A DNA stretch of 60,703 nucleotides, filler included, from Catajapyx aquilonaris (lineage: Eukaryota), in NCBI GenBank assembly GCA_000934665.2. It is 2 parts of 2 records of this genome, joined end to end, with 100 filler letters (N's around TTAATTAATTAA, not from the genome) between each part and the next. Parts side by side here need not be neighbours in the genome. Positions count along the whole stretch, not along the records: positions 30,415 to 60,703 come from KZ539189.1; 1 more part is not named here. One strand, given 5' to 3'. Position numbers and translations under genes: made by a program. Shown here piece after piece: positions 38,731 to 51,450 of the stretch. The stretch's first letter is position 1. Every line of letters starts with the position of its first letter. The notes below the pieces were generated by a model. It did not search any database. It was not told where the DNA came from and saw nothing but the letters and a program-made list of their open reading frames with translations.

Positions 38731-40037
38731 ATAATAATCAGTGATAAGATGTAGACAAAATGGCATTAAATCTATTGGATTAAAGTGGATGTTACAACCT
38801 TGTAAATTCGCTGAGAGTATATTTTTAGGACTCTAATTGTGTACATAGCTTATCCCTTAGTTTTTTACAGGAGTCATATTATAATGGTCATATCTTTGCA
38901 GATGGACAGTATGCCTCCACATCAGTTTTCGAGGAGCCAAGCACAAGTCTAACAAGGCGTAAATGCTCTGCTGTAAGTATAACCTGGTTAAACCTACAAG
39001 TGGAGGCAATCATAATTTCAAATTCCCGATGAGTTTATTGTGGCATGGAACATGTTGGGGGAAACCTGTCAATTCAGGAATCAGAATGTAAAGGTCAAGT
39101 AGCGTTTTTTGTATAAAAAAATATTGGATGGTGCAAAAGATGCTGTGATGGCGAAATGTTTTGGTTTAAATCTTACGAACATGTTATGTTTAGAAAGGGA
39201 GGATTTTTAACTAGTGATTAAAAGTGGTATTAAGTGACAGTTGTTGTTGACCACTTGGCATTCTTTTCAAGCTCCTTCATACATGTAAGTGGAGGATGAT
39301 AGCCAGGACGTGCCTGATGCAAGTGACTCAGAAGATGAATATATGCCTCATTACCACTGCAAAATTGAGAAGGGGAAGAGAACCAATAGGAGGAATAAGG
39401 TTATGTTTTTCCAAGTCATCCCGGATGCATGGAAAGGTGATTGGATTTCCGCTGAACATTCATGAACATGATGTGTGCGTAGTACATGATGGTGGATGAT
39501 TATTCCTTGCACACTGGTTAAAAAACAAGTCATGTCATTGCAAAAGAAAGAGATTTTGCAAATTTCGTTGCATTTTGTTAGCTTTAAAATATGTCACTCT
39601 CAGTGGTTATTGAATGTATGAGATGTTAATTTTAGGCCAAACTGAACTCCCCATTCAGGGTATGAATTGCAAGGATGTTCCTATTGGAATACTTCTGTAG
39701 CACCTTGTAAAAATTTGCGGCACATGTTAACCTTTCTCTACCATGGGCATTACTGGATTTCCTAACCATGAAATATTAAACATTGCCTAGAGGTCAGAAA
39801 TTATATGGATGAATAAAACTATTTTTAAAGCCAGCCTCATGATATTTCATGAACAAATTAATTATTTTAAAGCCCACACTTGCACTACTCCCAGAGTCTA
39901 CCTGAGTCTCAAAGTATTCGTCCAGTTGATCTTCAGACACAATCAGTGGTATTAAGTGACAGTTGTTGTTGACCACTTGGCATTCTTTTCAGGCTCCTTC
40001 ATACATGGATGGAGGAGGAATCATGTCCATTCATTAA

Positions 40038-40398
40038 ATTTTTATTTATTTTATTTTTATTTATTTTACCCCGTGATGTCCCTTATGGGAGCTATAGGGG
40101 GGTGGCATACCACCATCAGTTTTCTGTATATATTTTCACTTCATTCACCGGTGCAAGGAAACAGGGACAATGGGAAAGGATAGGGATTTTTGGGGAGGGA
40201 ACATGGGTGCAAGGTGCAATGTCGTAGCTAATGGGTCATGTGCTGTTCCCCAGGAGGTAAGGTTGCCAGACACCTCCTTGGTGCAGGTCAGAGACCCTCC
40301 TGACGCAGGTGAAAGGAAAGTTCCCCAGGCGGGGATCGAACCTGGGGCCTTTCACTCAGCAAGCCGTGACGTTACCATCACGGCCACCACACCTCCCC
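40038..40398 (-). mobile_element. tRNA-derived SINE related to family B
   Basis: Minus-strand head GGGGAGGTGTGGTGGCCGTGATGGTAACG...GGTTCGATCCC, an A-rich tail, and an approximate TSD CCATTCA(T/C)TAAA. Confidence 0.65.
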
Positions 40399-40400
40399 CC

Positions 40401-42444
40401 ATTCACTAAATGCACGCATACGAGCTTGATGGCTGCATATCATCAGATATCATTGAACTTAGGGAGCATTCTGTTTGCTTTTGTGTGCTGATTGTGTGCT
40501 ACTGCAATCAACTGATTGATGCATTTAAAAGGAGCGTGGAAAGAGGGGGAGTCGTTTGAATGATAAGAACCCATCAAACGAGAGCGAATGCCAGCAAAGG
40601 CTGGACATTCTCAAATACTACAGGACGTGTCTGTAAGATGCCAACAAAATTCGTCCTAACGACGGCAATGTTGTAGCATTTACTTTGGGATGCAATCTGC
40701 TTCCCTCTCTCTCAGGACACCGGAAACAGCACATGAAGCAATTAAACCATCAGGAAATAATTTGAAGGCAATGAATGAAGAACATCATCTTATAGCTTCA
40801 ATTTGTCATTGTACCGCAGCAGGTTGGTGTAGGGGTTAAGGAGCCAGACTGCTAATCGGGAGGTCCTGGGATCAAATCCCGGGGCCGGCAACTCTGACCG
40901 TGGTTTTCTGTGGTTTCCCACGGTCCCTCCAGGAAAATTCCGGAGTTGTTTCCGTAATTAACAGGCCACAGCCGCTTCCTTCCATCCCTATCCCTTCCCA
41001 AAAAGCGAAGCAAAAAGTAAAAAGCAAAGAGTTCCTGACAAAAAAATTGGGATGAACTCCCCCCCCTAAGAGAGCCAATGGCTCTATCACGGGGTAAATT
41101 ATAAGTAAATTATAAGTAAATAAACTTGTCATTGTACTAAGCTATGTCGCTTGAACGATTTTGCAATGTGACAAAAATGTCAGTACAGCTGCAAAGGAAG
41201 ATTCCGGAAAGATGCGGTAGTGATCATGGTTTCGGACTACCGTAGTTCCAATGCGGAAAAAAAACGACTGTCTCAATGCAAGAGTCAAATATCTCTTCCA
41301 GTTCTTATTTACAATATTACATTGCGAAGATCCATGCCCAAAAAATGAAGGCAACGATCAACAGAAAAACAATATTCCTCCCCCTGCATCATCTCTTCTA
41401 TCTTACCTCCTACCCTCGTTGACTTTTTTTTGTGTTTTTTATATACTAAAGAATGTCGCTTGCCTCAAGCTCTTGACAGTGTGTTGTGCGATGGTGAAAA
41501 GTGGTTTGCAGATTAGGAGGAAGTCTAGTTAGTGTTGGCTGATCCGTCCTCTGCAAAGGGTAATAATAATTGACACAAAATACACCGAAATGTTGTGTCC
41601 TTTTGATTTCTAATAGTCACCAAAAAAACTATTATCTCTCACTTAAATCATGAACAGAAACAATGCCAAGTTTACACGATTCATTGTCATGGACATTCAA
41701 TCTAATTCTTCTGGGTTTAGAACTCAGCAGAGGCAGGGACGTATTGGGATATGGTGCAATATGCAGGCAACTCCTTTTAAGCATATATCAACGGTGCAGA
41801 GCATGAAGAAACCTTGCAGGAATTACAGGACAATGACGAGTCAACAAGGGTGGGAGGTAAGATAGAAGAGATGATGCAGGGGGAGGAATATTGTTGTAAC
41901 TGTTGATCGTTCCCTTCATTTTTTGTGCATGGATCTTCGCAATGTAATATTGTAAATAATAAGAACTGGAAGAGATATTTGACTCTTGCATTGCGACAGT
42001 CGTTTTTTTCAGCATTGGAACTACGGTAGTCCGAAACCATGATCACTACCGCATCTTTCCGGAATCTTCCTTTGCAGCTGTACTGACATTTTTGTCACAT
42101 TGCAAAATCGTTCAAGCGACATAGCTTAGTACAATGAGAAATTGAAGCTATAAAATGATGTTCTTCATTTATTGCCTTCAACTTATTTCCTGATGGCTTA
42201 ATTGCTTCATGTGCTGTTTCCGGTGTCCCGAGAGAGAGGGAAGCAGATTGCATCCCATAGTAAATGCTATAACATTGCCGTTGTTAGCACGAATTTTGTT
42301 GACATCTTACAGACATTTGTATTTGAGAGTGTCCAGCCTTTTCTGGCATTGGCTCCTGTTTGATGGGTTCTTATCATTCAAACGACTCCCCCCTCCCCCT
42401 CTTCCCACGCAGCCATCAAGCTCGTATGCGCGCATTTAGTGAAT
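40401..42444. repeat. Large, highly similar inverted repeat with arms of about 600-700 bp (foldback/long-TIR element)
   Basis: About 40401-41423 (excluding a SINE) is the reverse complement of about 41835-42444. Stretches over 100 bp are essentially identical (41130-41250 versus 42015-42135). Confidence 0.85.
40815..41125 (+). mobile_element. tRNA-derived SINE, family A, inserted in the left arm of the inverted repeat
   Basis: 12-bp TSD TTGTCATTGTAC. The right arm shows the empty site. Confidence 0.85.
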
Positions 42445-43443
42445 GGACATGATTGTTATTTTTCCCCAGTCAAAGTCAAAAAATGTGCTTTACTACCGGG
42501 TACGCAAGGTCAGTCCAACGACCCCCTGGTTCCGTAGTCCCCCAACCTCCCCTCCTCCACTGTTGCCGCTGACTCGGCTCTGACATCATGCCGCGTGGGT
42601 TGCTTAGGATAGCCAGGATAAGGCTCGTTTGGCTGCCACTGCGGGGGGTATGAAACTTTTTGACGTATATAGTACATGATGGTGCATGATTGTTCCTGCT
42701 CTATGCCTGTAATTTCTGAACATGTGATTTATGTAGTTATGTTGTCATTTGTGGAATAATATCACCTTTTTCTTGCAAGAATGCTGTGCAGTACATCCGC
42801 CTGAAGCGAGTACTCGGAACTACTGACAATGAGGACTGCGGGACATTTAATTTGCCCATAGGAAAAACTGCGAAACGGAGCAGGAAGAAATCCAAGTCTG
42901 CTACTCAAGTCAAGTCAAACAGAGCAATATAATTGTTAATGTGGCAACAACATCACAAAACGATCCACCTCAGGTTGAAGCCTTACTCATGCGACCTCTG
43001 CGATACGGCATTTCTCTCAGGGACCAGAATGGAGGATCACAGAAGGTCCCACACAGGAGAGAAGCCTTTCCAGTGCAATGTGTTACAAAAATACTATTCA
43101 TCTTGCGCAATTGCTCACCACATGACAATTCACTTGGAAAATCTTCGTTGCAATCTTTCTCAGAAAATTTTCCCTTTCAGATATAAACTGGTTCAGCATA
43201 AAATTTGTGCTGAACCAGTTCATATCTGAAAGGGAAAATTTCTGGTGTTTCTGGTGTTTCTATTTAATAGAAACACTTGGTGTGAAATGCATTTTGTGTT
43301 CATTCCAATAATGTACAGATTGAAGTGCTCTACTGAAAAAATTAAAAAAGGAAACTTGGGATAATTACTCAAAGATTCATTTTGGGGCAAACTTTATTTT
43401 TGAGTTTCCCAGGGCCCCCCATCCCAAACCCTCCAATAAAGCC

Positions 43444-44373
43444 TCACAGAGTACTGGTTTCACCCTCTACCTGACCACGTTCTTCTTCTGCCGGGTTGCT
43501 GGCCTCCTCAGGCAGACCCTCATGGTCTTCTTTTGGTTGCGCAATACTAATCTGGTCCGGAAGTAAGGATTTTGGTCCTTGCTTCCCCGTGGGGTCAGAG
43601 GGAAGCATGATGCGCACCCTGATCCCCAGCACCCCCTGGCGCAGCAGGACATGTCTGGTGGCGGAGTCCACGTAGTCCAAGACGGGCTCACCGGAGGAGA
43701 TCATGAGTCCGTCATGGAACTTCATGGACTTGGCCCGCTGGCCCCTGAGCTTCCCGGACACGATGACCTCGCAGCCCCTGGCCCCGCTCTCCATCACGAA
43801 GCGGAGGACTCCGTAGCAGGCCCTCCTGACGGCCAGACCTCCGACCAGCTTGTATCGGAGGGACTCTGCCTGTGCGATGGCGCAGAGGCCCCTGACGGCC
43901 ACCTTCTCTGCGTACAGCTCGATGGCCCCTTCCGGGAAGTGGAACCTCTTCTGCACCACAGCAGTCAGCTCCCGGATCCTCCTCCCCTTCTCTCCCAACA
44001 CGCTCTGCGTCCTGGTGGCCATGACCTCTGTGCGGGTCGGGGTCACCCTCACCTCCACCCCAGAGTAGCCGTCCTCCGCCAGCTCACGGGTCAGGAACTC
44101 ATTCAGCTCCGCCCTGAACACGCCGTCTTGGACGAACTGGAATGATATTACAGCAATGGAAAGGTTGGGCATTGCAACAGGATGATTGCCATGGAATTTG
44201 TGCATGACAACTGGTTGCAATGGACAAACGAACACACAGGATGGTTTCATGCAAGAGGGGCACTTCAGCTAATGTTCCTCTCAGTATCTTCCCGTATCCC
44301 TTCCCCTGAGCCCCATCCTCACCTGCTTCTTCTTGTTGACTGGGTGGGAAGCCCTTCCTGCCAGGCTGGACAT
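43444..44373 (-). CDS. RpS3: 40S ribosomal protein S3 (uS3), divergent paralog, about 247 aa, 2 coding exons
   Basis: Exon 1 is 44373-44323 ([23 protein letters not shown]). Exon 2 is 44136-43444 ([30 protein letters not shown]...[15 protein letters not shown]...[13 protein letters not shown]). A minus-strand AATAAA lies at about 43393-43398. Confidence 0.9.
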
Positions 44374-45509
44374 GATGACCTCCTCACAAGGATGGCGCAC
44401 GGGAAAAGAGAAAGATGAGGGACGCGGACAACAAGAGACAAAGCCCGATGAGAAACGACCGTTACAAGAAACAGAATGTGCACACTTGGCAACTGTGGTC
44501 AGGCCACGTGGGCAAAAATTAATCCCGGTTTATGAAATTAGTTATTTTATTATTAATTTGACGTCAAAAGAAGCTATGTAAATGTCACAAATGCGATTAA
44601 TGTGCCGTCAGACCTCAAATTATGTTGCGTTTTTTGTCAAGTCGTCGCATTTATAGCTTTAAAAGCGAATTTACCAGTAGGCTACTCGTCATTATGAGGC
44701 AATAACAATCACGGCATTTTCTCAAGATGGAGTTGCCAGCGATGACCAGGTACATTCTCCTGGTCATCTCGTACGATCGTTACAGGATACATTCAATTCA
44801 AACCCCGAAAACGAGCGCAAAAAACGAGCATTTTCGCGAAATGCTCTTCTCAAACCATCCATTTCACGAAATGCTCATTTTACATAGGGCAGACCCCGAA
44901 ATTCTGTCATTATTATAGTCCTGTTTTAATAGTTTTAATAATAGTCCTGTTTTAATGTTAATAGTCCTGTGTTTTGGGGTTTTTTTTTGCCGAGGTCACT
45001 TCAAACATTTGAGAATGTTACTGTGCATATCAGGGCATTAGATTTGAGCCAGTTTCACCAAATTTTGTACCAGTAACATCAATTTGGTTCAATGATATTT
45101 CATTGCATTTCAGGTGGTTTTGACCGTCAATTTTTTAAAATAATACAATAAAAACCCGCCCACACTCTTTGTCAAATTCAGTTTCTTCGTATCAATACGT
45201 ATGGTATACATTCAGGAGGTTTGTAATTGAATGCATAATAAACTGGGCAACAAAAAAAAAAAAATTGTCGCATGAGATTTTACAACTGATTCTAAGTTTT
45301 TATTCAACGCTAATTTCAAATCTGAAATCGGTTTTCCTCTACATGCTCTACTCATGCAATTTGAAACTTGTGATTTTCGCAACAACAAAAAAGTACACCC
45401 ATTGCTATTTACTCTGGGGATAGAATTAGACTTATAGAGATACCATATCAAGCTCGGCTTGATGAAACAGTTCGTGAAGGCATTAAGTACTGTTGGTGAA
45501 TGTTTTCAA

Positions 45510-46300
45510 GCATCACAATATGCATTACAGTTTGAAAAAAGTACCATAAAAATATCGAAAAAGAATGTCCCAATTTAAAAACCCTATAAGTCGAAAACTT
45601 GTAGACATATCTAAATGATTTAAGTTTTGAAATGTTAAGAAATGTCTGCAGTTTTGGTCTCACCTTAGTTTGCTTCGATATGAGCTTCATTTGTCGCTCG
45701 AGAAATAAAATAACAGACTGTATTCGGTCTCGAGCCAAACCCGATCAATCATATCTGGAGTTACCGTTGCGATCCTAATCCTAACCCCGTATGGAAGATG
45801 ACTGGTCTTTTACACGACAAACATTGCTTTTGATGATTACATGAAAAGTTGCCTCAAACAAACAAACCTGCCGTAGGAAAGTTTCATTTGTTCAGCCTCC
45901 CAGTGTGCGAAGTCTTTAATGAGAATTTTCGCCATGCCTATCCCCTCCAGAAGCCCAGATCTTACTCAAATGGACATTTTTGTGGAGATACATGTATGGT
46001 GAAAAGAATCTGTATCTCCATCACCTACGGGAAAAGATTGCAACGGTAACGCCAGACATGATATATCTGAGTTGGTAAGGCGCGACACCAATTACCATAT
46101 TTACATTTGCAGAGCGACAAATGAAGCTCATATCGAAACAAACTATAGGGTGAGACCAAAACATTAGACATTTCTTGACATTTCAAAACTTAAATCATGA
46201 AGATGTCTATAATTTTTGAGTTATAGGATTTTAAAATTGGGACATTCTTTTTCGATTTTTTTAAAACTTTTTTCAAACTTTAATGCATATTGTGATGCAC
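45510..46300 (+). mobile_element. Tc1/mariner-superfamily remnant with long inverted ends
   Basis: About 45510-45670 is the reverse complement of about 46140-46300. The internal CCCTCCAGAAGCCCAGATCTTACT encodes PSRSPDLT. A related fragment lies at about 59985-60090. Confidence 0.65.
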
Positions 46301-47083
46301 CTGCGACTTTTTGTGAATAAAAAATTAATATATCTTTACCAAGACGGTTGTTAAGACTAATTTTAAGACTGTACCGGTGTATGACTATAAATTCTTCAGA
46401 GAGACCATGTCGCCAAAATGTCGTAAAATCTAAAATTTTGAATTGTAGAGAATCTAGAGCTTACAGAGAAAAACTTACATCAGATTCGAATTCAGCATGC
46501 ACTCAAATTAGGTAAGAACAAAGTGCTAGTATCAATGACACAAAATATTTGTTGCCCAGTGTAATCAATCCAGACAGAAAATAATTATACAGACACAATA
46601 GTGTTACTGCCTGATTAAGGAGAAATTCGCCCTTAACTACTGTCATGAGGTGCTTTTTGACTCCAAGCTTACGGGAATTACAGTAACTTGACAATTATTG
46701 TCACGTTGCTGATTAATTACATGCCAAATGCCTATCTTTACCTAAGTTATGTGTCAATGTCTTTGAAAATGGGGGGGGGGGGAGATTCATGGCCCTCAAA
46801 AACAGCCATAATCACGGTGGGGTGCATCATTCTGGGGTCAAAAAAGACCCATGACACTAGTTACGTTTGGATTCCTCATTACTCTTGCATTCTTGTCTTC
46901 AAAAAAATTAGCCTCTTCTATATAATATTTCATTCATAAGATCATTGCATTGTTTTTTTCTTGACATATTTGAGCAGTTTTTGTAAGGCAATATGTTGCA
47001 AATTAGAGGCTATCGGCTATAGCTATAACTAAATTTGTACAGATGTAGCTATATAGATTTGTACAGATTTATAGATTTATATA

Positions 47084-47448
47084 CAGGGTGATCAAACTTT
47101 TTTGTCGTTTTAGTTATTGACAAATTCAGCGTAAGCTGCTTATATTGTAGACCGTTACCTGGCAACCCCGTCCGGTGGGCCAATTCAAACATCGGCCCAT
47201 GGAGAGCGCTTCCATTGTTGCCACTGTTTACAAATCGAGTGAGTGACGCGGACGACCCAGCGACAGGTCTCTTCTGCCTGCGCACTCACTCACTCGATTT
47301 GTAAACAGTGGCAACAATGGAAGCGCTCTCCATGGGCCGATGTTTGAATTGGCCCACCGGACGGGGTTGCCAGGTAACGCACTACAACATAAGCAGCTTA
47401 GGCTGAATCTGTCAATAACTAAAACGACAAAAAAGTTTGATCACCCTG
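47084..47448. mobile_element. Palindromic Tc1/mariner-type MITE
   Basis: TA-CAGGGTGATCAAAC...GTTTGATCACCCTG-TA with near-perfect arms of about 165 bp. Confidence 0.9.
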
Positions 47449-48202
47449 TATAGATTTATACAGATGTAGATATAGCTATGGCTATTAACTAAATTTGTAC
47501 AGATGTTCCAACTATTTAGTTGGAACAAATGTACAAATTTAGTTGCAACAACTGTATTATTTAGTTCCCATCACTAAACAATGCAAATAAAGGCATTTAG
47601 TACATGCAAGAGCTCATAACTTAGCTCTTGCAAGTAACTAAATAGTCAGTTGTCTTGTCTCTATAGCAACTAAAGTTCCTATTACAGCAACTAATTTTTA
47701 ATAGCTGCAACTAATTTTTTTTTCAGTGATTACCACCTGTAACTGTTTTCGTTTTCAAATGAAAATGGTGGGACACTGGTCAAAAATGGGGCCGGGGGGG
47801 GGGGGGGTATGATTAGGTATCGTTCATCTTTTGTTTCTCTCCCCCCTTCTCGCCGGTGATTTTTGCGTCATCTCATCATCTGCATCCCTCGACAAATGTA
47901 CATCGATAGAGCTTCAAAACGAGGTAAAAGTCATCTTTGTAACTTTTCCAGTTTTCGAATAAAACACGCGAAAATGAACCGCTTTTCGCAGGGGGGCTAT
48001 TATTCTGTCCAACCCCTTTATTTGGCTCGGGTGATTTATTGCCAGACTTTACCTATGGAATTTGCGCTATTGTGCGTGGCCAAAAATGGGATGAAGGTAG
48101 GTTGTTTCCTTGTTGACATTCTAATGTTTTGAAGCAGAGAAGGGTGGCATATAATGTAGCTGCGAAAATCTATGTCGTTGCGTATGCAGGCTATTAAATG
48201 AA

Positions 48203-49086
48203 GCGCTTAGAACAAAAGTGGCCCAAGTCTAAAAATGCCATTTTCGAGATAGGACTGCCATCACATTCAGAGAACTACTCCAAGTTGGTAAAAAAAATTG
48301 TATAAATCCTAAGTTGGATATTTTGGCAGTAAATGACATAATGTCATTTATGCTCCAAGGAGAGTTGCCTACCCCTTGGATCAATCCTGGTGTAAGTCCC
48401 ATACCAGCTGTTAAAGATGGCCGATGAAGATCTAAGAGATATTTCTGGGGGCATCTCTGCAGACAAATATTGTTGTGTATGACAAATAATAAGTGTGTGG
48501 CTGTCAGTTTTGCCATATTTAAAATTATATAATTTTTTTAAAATTTTTTAATTTTTGCTGAAAATTTCCTTCTCTTAAATTTTTTATTGAAATTAATTGT
48601 TACTGAAATTATTTTTGTTAAAATTGAGGAATGATCAAAGAAAATTTTATATATACGGTACAAATTAATCCGGATATAACAGTCTCGGCTATAACAGACT
48701 TTCGGTTATAACACCTCGAAAGGCCGGTTCCGGCGTACTTCTATCATATATGGTTTTTTAAATCAGATATAAGAGACCTTGGCTATAACAAGAGTCTGTT
48801 ATATCCTGATTCAACTCTATTACACCCAGTCAAAATGGTGTAAGTCCATTATTTTTGTAGGATATGGTGTAAGTCACATACAGTATGATTTTTTTAGTCA
48901 ATAAATCGAATTTTTTGTGACAGTAGCAATAATACATCTAAGAAAGACTGCCCTGTAATGATTGCCAAGGTGACATATTATGGATACGGCCAGATGATTT
49001 CCCTTTTTTCTAGGACCTTCCAAACTTGCAGGTGAATTATCCCAACTTGAGTTTTTTTGGACTTGGGCCACTTTTGTTCTAAGCGC
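48203..49086. mobile_element. Non-autonomous TIR DNA transposon with a nested MITE
   Basis: TIR GCGCTTAGAACAAAAGTGGCCCAAGTC / GACTTGGGCCACTTTTGTTCTAAGCGC. It is absent from the paralogous site near 55190. Confidence 0.8.
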
Positions 49087-49612
49087 CTAGTGTTATTCAC
49101 AACAGTTCTGTCCACACACGACACACCGTGACTTTTCGCTGTATCGTAGTGAAGACTTTACATTTCCGTAGCATCGTATATAATTATGCCCTAATAATTA
49201 ATACGTACATTATTTTGCTCTAGACCCTGAGAATTCGGAATGATCCTATGTAGGCCAAGGTCAGTGCACCCTGATTAATGCATGTTTAATAATTTTTGAC
49301 GATTAACGACACGACTTGCGGAAGATAGCCTATGGTCTGACCCGACACCTGAGATCACACCAGAAGATTTTTCTGTGAACACTTATAGCCTTGCTTATAG
49401 CCCTATGCATTTCAAAAGCACACTTCCCGAGGTTGTTAAATAATAAATTGCTACAAGCTCGCCAAAGAATCACGCAGGTAACATGAAAAAACTGGGATTT
49501 ACAAGGTAGAATTTTTGTCAATCAGAAATTAATATATTTCCTTTCAGTACAGCAATCTCAGCATCCATTATTCTCTCAATGATACAGGCAATCAATTACC
49601 ATATGAAATGTT

Positions 49613-50296
49613 CTAATAACAACACTTGCACATCTGGAAAAAAAAAGTAGTGTAGTGTGGGCTTCTTTCGCCGATCCTCTTGGTCCCCACAATAATATCG
49701 TCCTCTGGATAAATAAGCCCCGCCATCTCCGGTCCAATATGCGACGACCCTAAACCCCGTCCTCAACGTCTGTCAGGGGAGGAGTCAAATCGGTTGTGTA
49801 GACTACCCGAATAATTTTATTCTGGCGAACTACTTTGCTTGACGATTGTTCAGGGATGCTCCTAACTTGCGGCTGTGACAAAGACAAGAACCTAAATCAC
49901 TTTCCATCCGGATAAAATCGCGCTAGTCCCTGTCATCCATGCACACGACCCACACCCAGATGGGACACCCCATAACTGACTTCAGTGACTTGCACACATT
50001 CACCCAAGCATTCAAGTCCATACTGTCCACTCCCCCGCCCTCTCCCGCTACGAAACAACTACCTGCGGCTAGATTATCCTAGAACCCTAGATAGTACTTA
50101 CTTTTGTGAGGGAGACTCCAAATGAGACAGCTGCCAGGAGGACCAATGCTCCTCCTCCGAAGACGAAATACCTTCCCATTTTCTGCTCGTGTTCCAGGTA
50201 ATGACGGGGAATGTCATGCTCTATTAGTGCCCCCGATGCAATAAGTACGATGCCACAAAAGAGGAGCAGAAATGCCAGGGGGAGATACAGTTCCAT
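49613..50296 (-). CDS. Two-transmembrane microprotein, copy A (about 71 aa)
   Basis: Exon 50296-50102 encodes MELYLPLAFLLLFCGIVLIASGALIEHDIPRHYLEHEQKMGRYFVFGGGALVLLAAVSFGVSLTK, followed by a GTAAGT donor. A putative exon 49633-49613 after TTTTTTTTCCAG adds MCKCCY*. The paralog is at about 57 kb. Confidence 0.65.
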
Positions 50297-51271
50297 TTTA
50301 GTATGTGTACGTAGCCTACTACTTGGTACAGCAAAGGTTGACCAGGCCCGGTACACTCTGTGGTTTGGAGACGCTTATTGGCTCTGTCCTCTTCCAAGTC
50401 CAACAGTGATATGTGTGGGCAGAAGGTGATGGCGCGCCATCACCTTCTGCGTGCTTCTTATTGGCCAGCCGTTTGTATAACAATATGATGCGGCTGTCGA
50501 AGGGTCATTCTTTTTGCTTACAGTTGCCAAGGCCAGCATGCTGCGTTTGGAGGAATCAGATTTATCGCGCCTAGAAAACGGCATGATATTAATTTAATTC
50601 GTAGAGTATTTATTAATATCTATGATTAGGAATTTTTAAAAGTAAATGCGACTTGAGAGAAAGTGTAACTGAAAATAATATATGGCATCCTTAAATCTCG
50701 ATGAAAAGGTTGATTTCCTCTGCAGAAAATAGTATAGGTATACGAAGAGTTTCTGGGTAATCGTTGTCATCTAAGATTTGTTGCTTCGTATGCTACTGTC
50801 AACCAACCCTGATGTTGTGGGCTGTGATAGGGGTTTTCGGGAATACACCTCAGTCTACCTCCTTGTCACCTCACAGGTCACACTGAATCTGCATTGCTGC
50901 AAAAACAGTCGTCGCACATATCTACTATCGTAATTGTTCAGGGCCCAGCTTCATCATGCCCTGAAATTGTACGGTGTGATCCAGCTGAACTGTCCATAGC
51001 TGTTAGCATTTTTTTAAACTTCTTGTTCTTAAGGAATTACTTCGGATAAGTAACACGAAAGAGTTATTCAAATAATAGCTGCTAATTGGATGATCCACCC
51101 AAGGCCTGAATATACTGCAGCGAATAAATTTGCGATTGGTAAAAGTTACATTGAAGGAATTGGTATCGAACCGTAATGATTGAATTCATTTTGTTGCAGG
51201 CTACACCGTCTGAAGGTAGGCTATGCATAAGACACAATATTGGCAGCTAGTATTACCGGCAAAAGTAACTA

Positions 51272-51450
51272 CAGTAAAACTTCCATAAGTCGAATCTCCA
51301 TGGGACCAGGAAAAAACTTCGAGTTATAGAAATTCGAGTTAGGGAAGTTTATTTCCTATTATTTTACATTGTGACCAACCAAGCTCATCATTTTCTTCGA
51401 CTTATAGAGAACTTCGTCTTAGGGAAGTTCGACTTATAGAAGTTTTACTG
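51272..51450. mobile_element. Tigger/pogo-like MITE
   Basis: TA-CAGTAAAACTTC.ATAAGTCGAA ... TTCGACTTATAGAAGTTTTACTG-TA. Confidence 0.8.

Larger units (their letters stand above)
35258..43229 (+). pseudogene. Degenerate C2H2 zinc-finger gene; upstream exons tentative
   Basis: The terminal exon at about 42780-43229 has HLRLKPYSCDLCDTAF..HRRSHTGEKPFQC followed by fingers that have lost Cys residues, with an in-frame stop upstream. Splice-bounded acidic exon candidates lie at about 35258-35428, 38519-38627 and 38901-38973. Confidence 0.55.

Noticed and set aside
43579..44145. 188-aa plus-strand ORF
   Set aside because: It is an antisense shadow of the GC3-rich RpS3 coding sequence.
44720..44755. 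Possible divergent first exon (CAAGATGGAG...CAG|GTAC) opposite RpS3
   Set aside because: No downstream exons were identified in the window, so support is insufficient.
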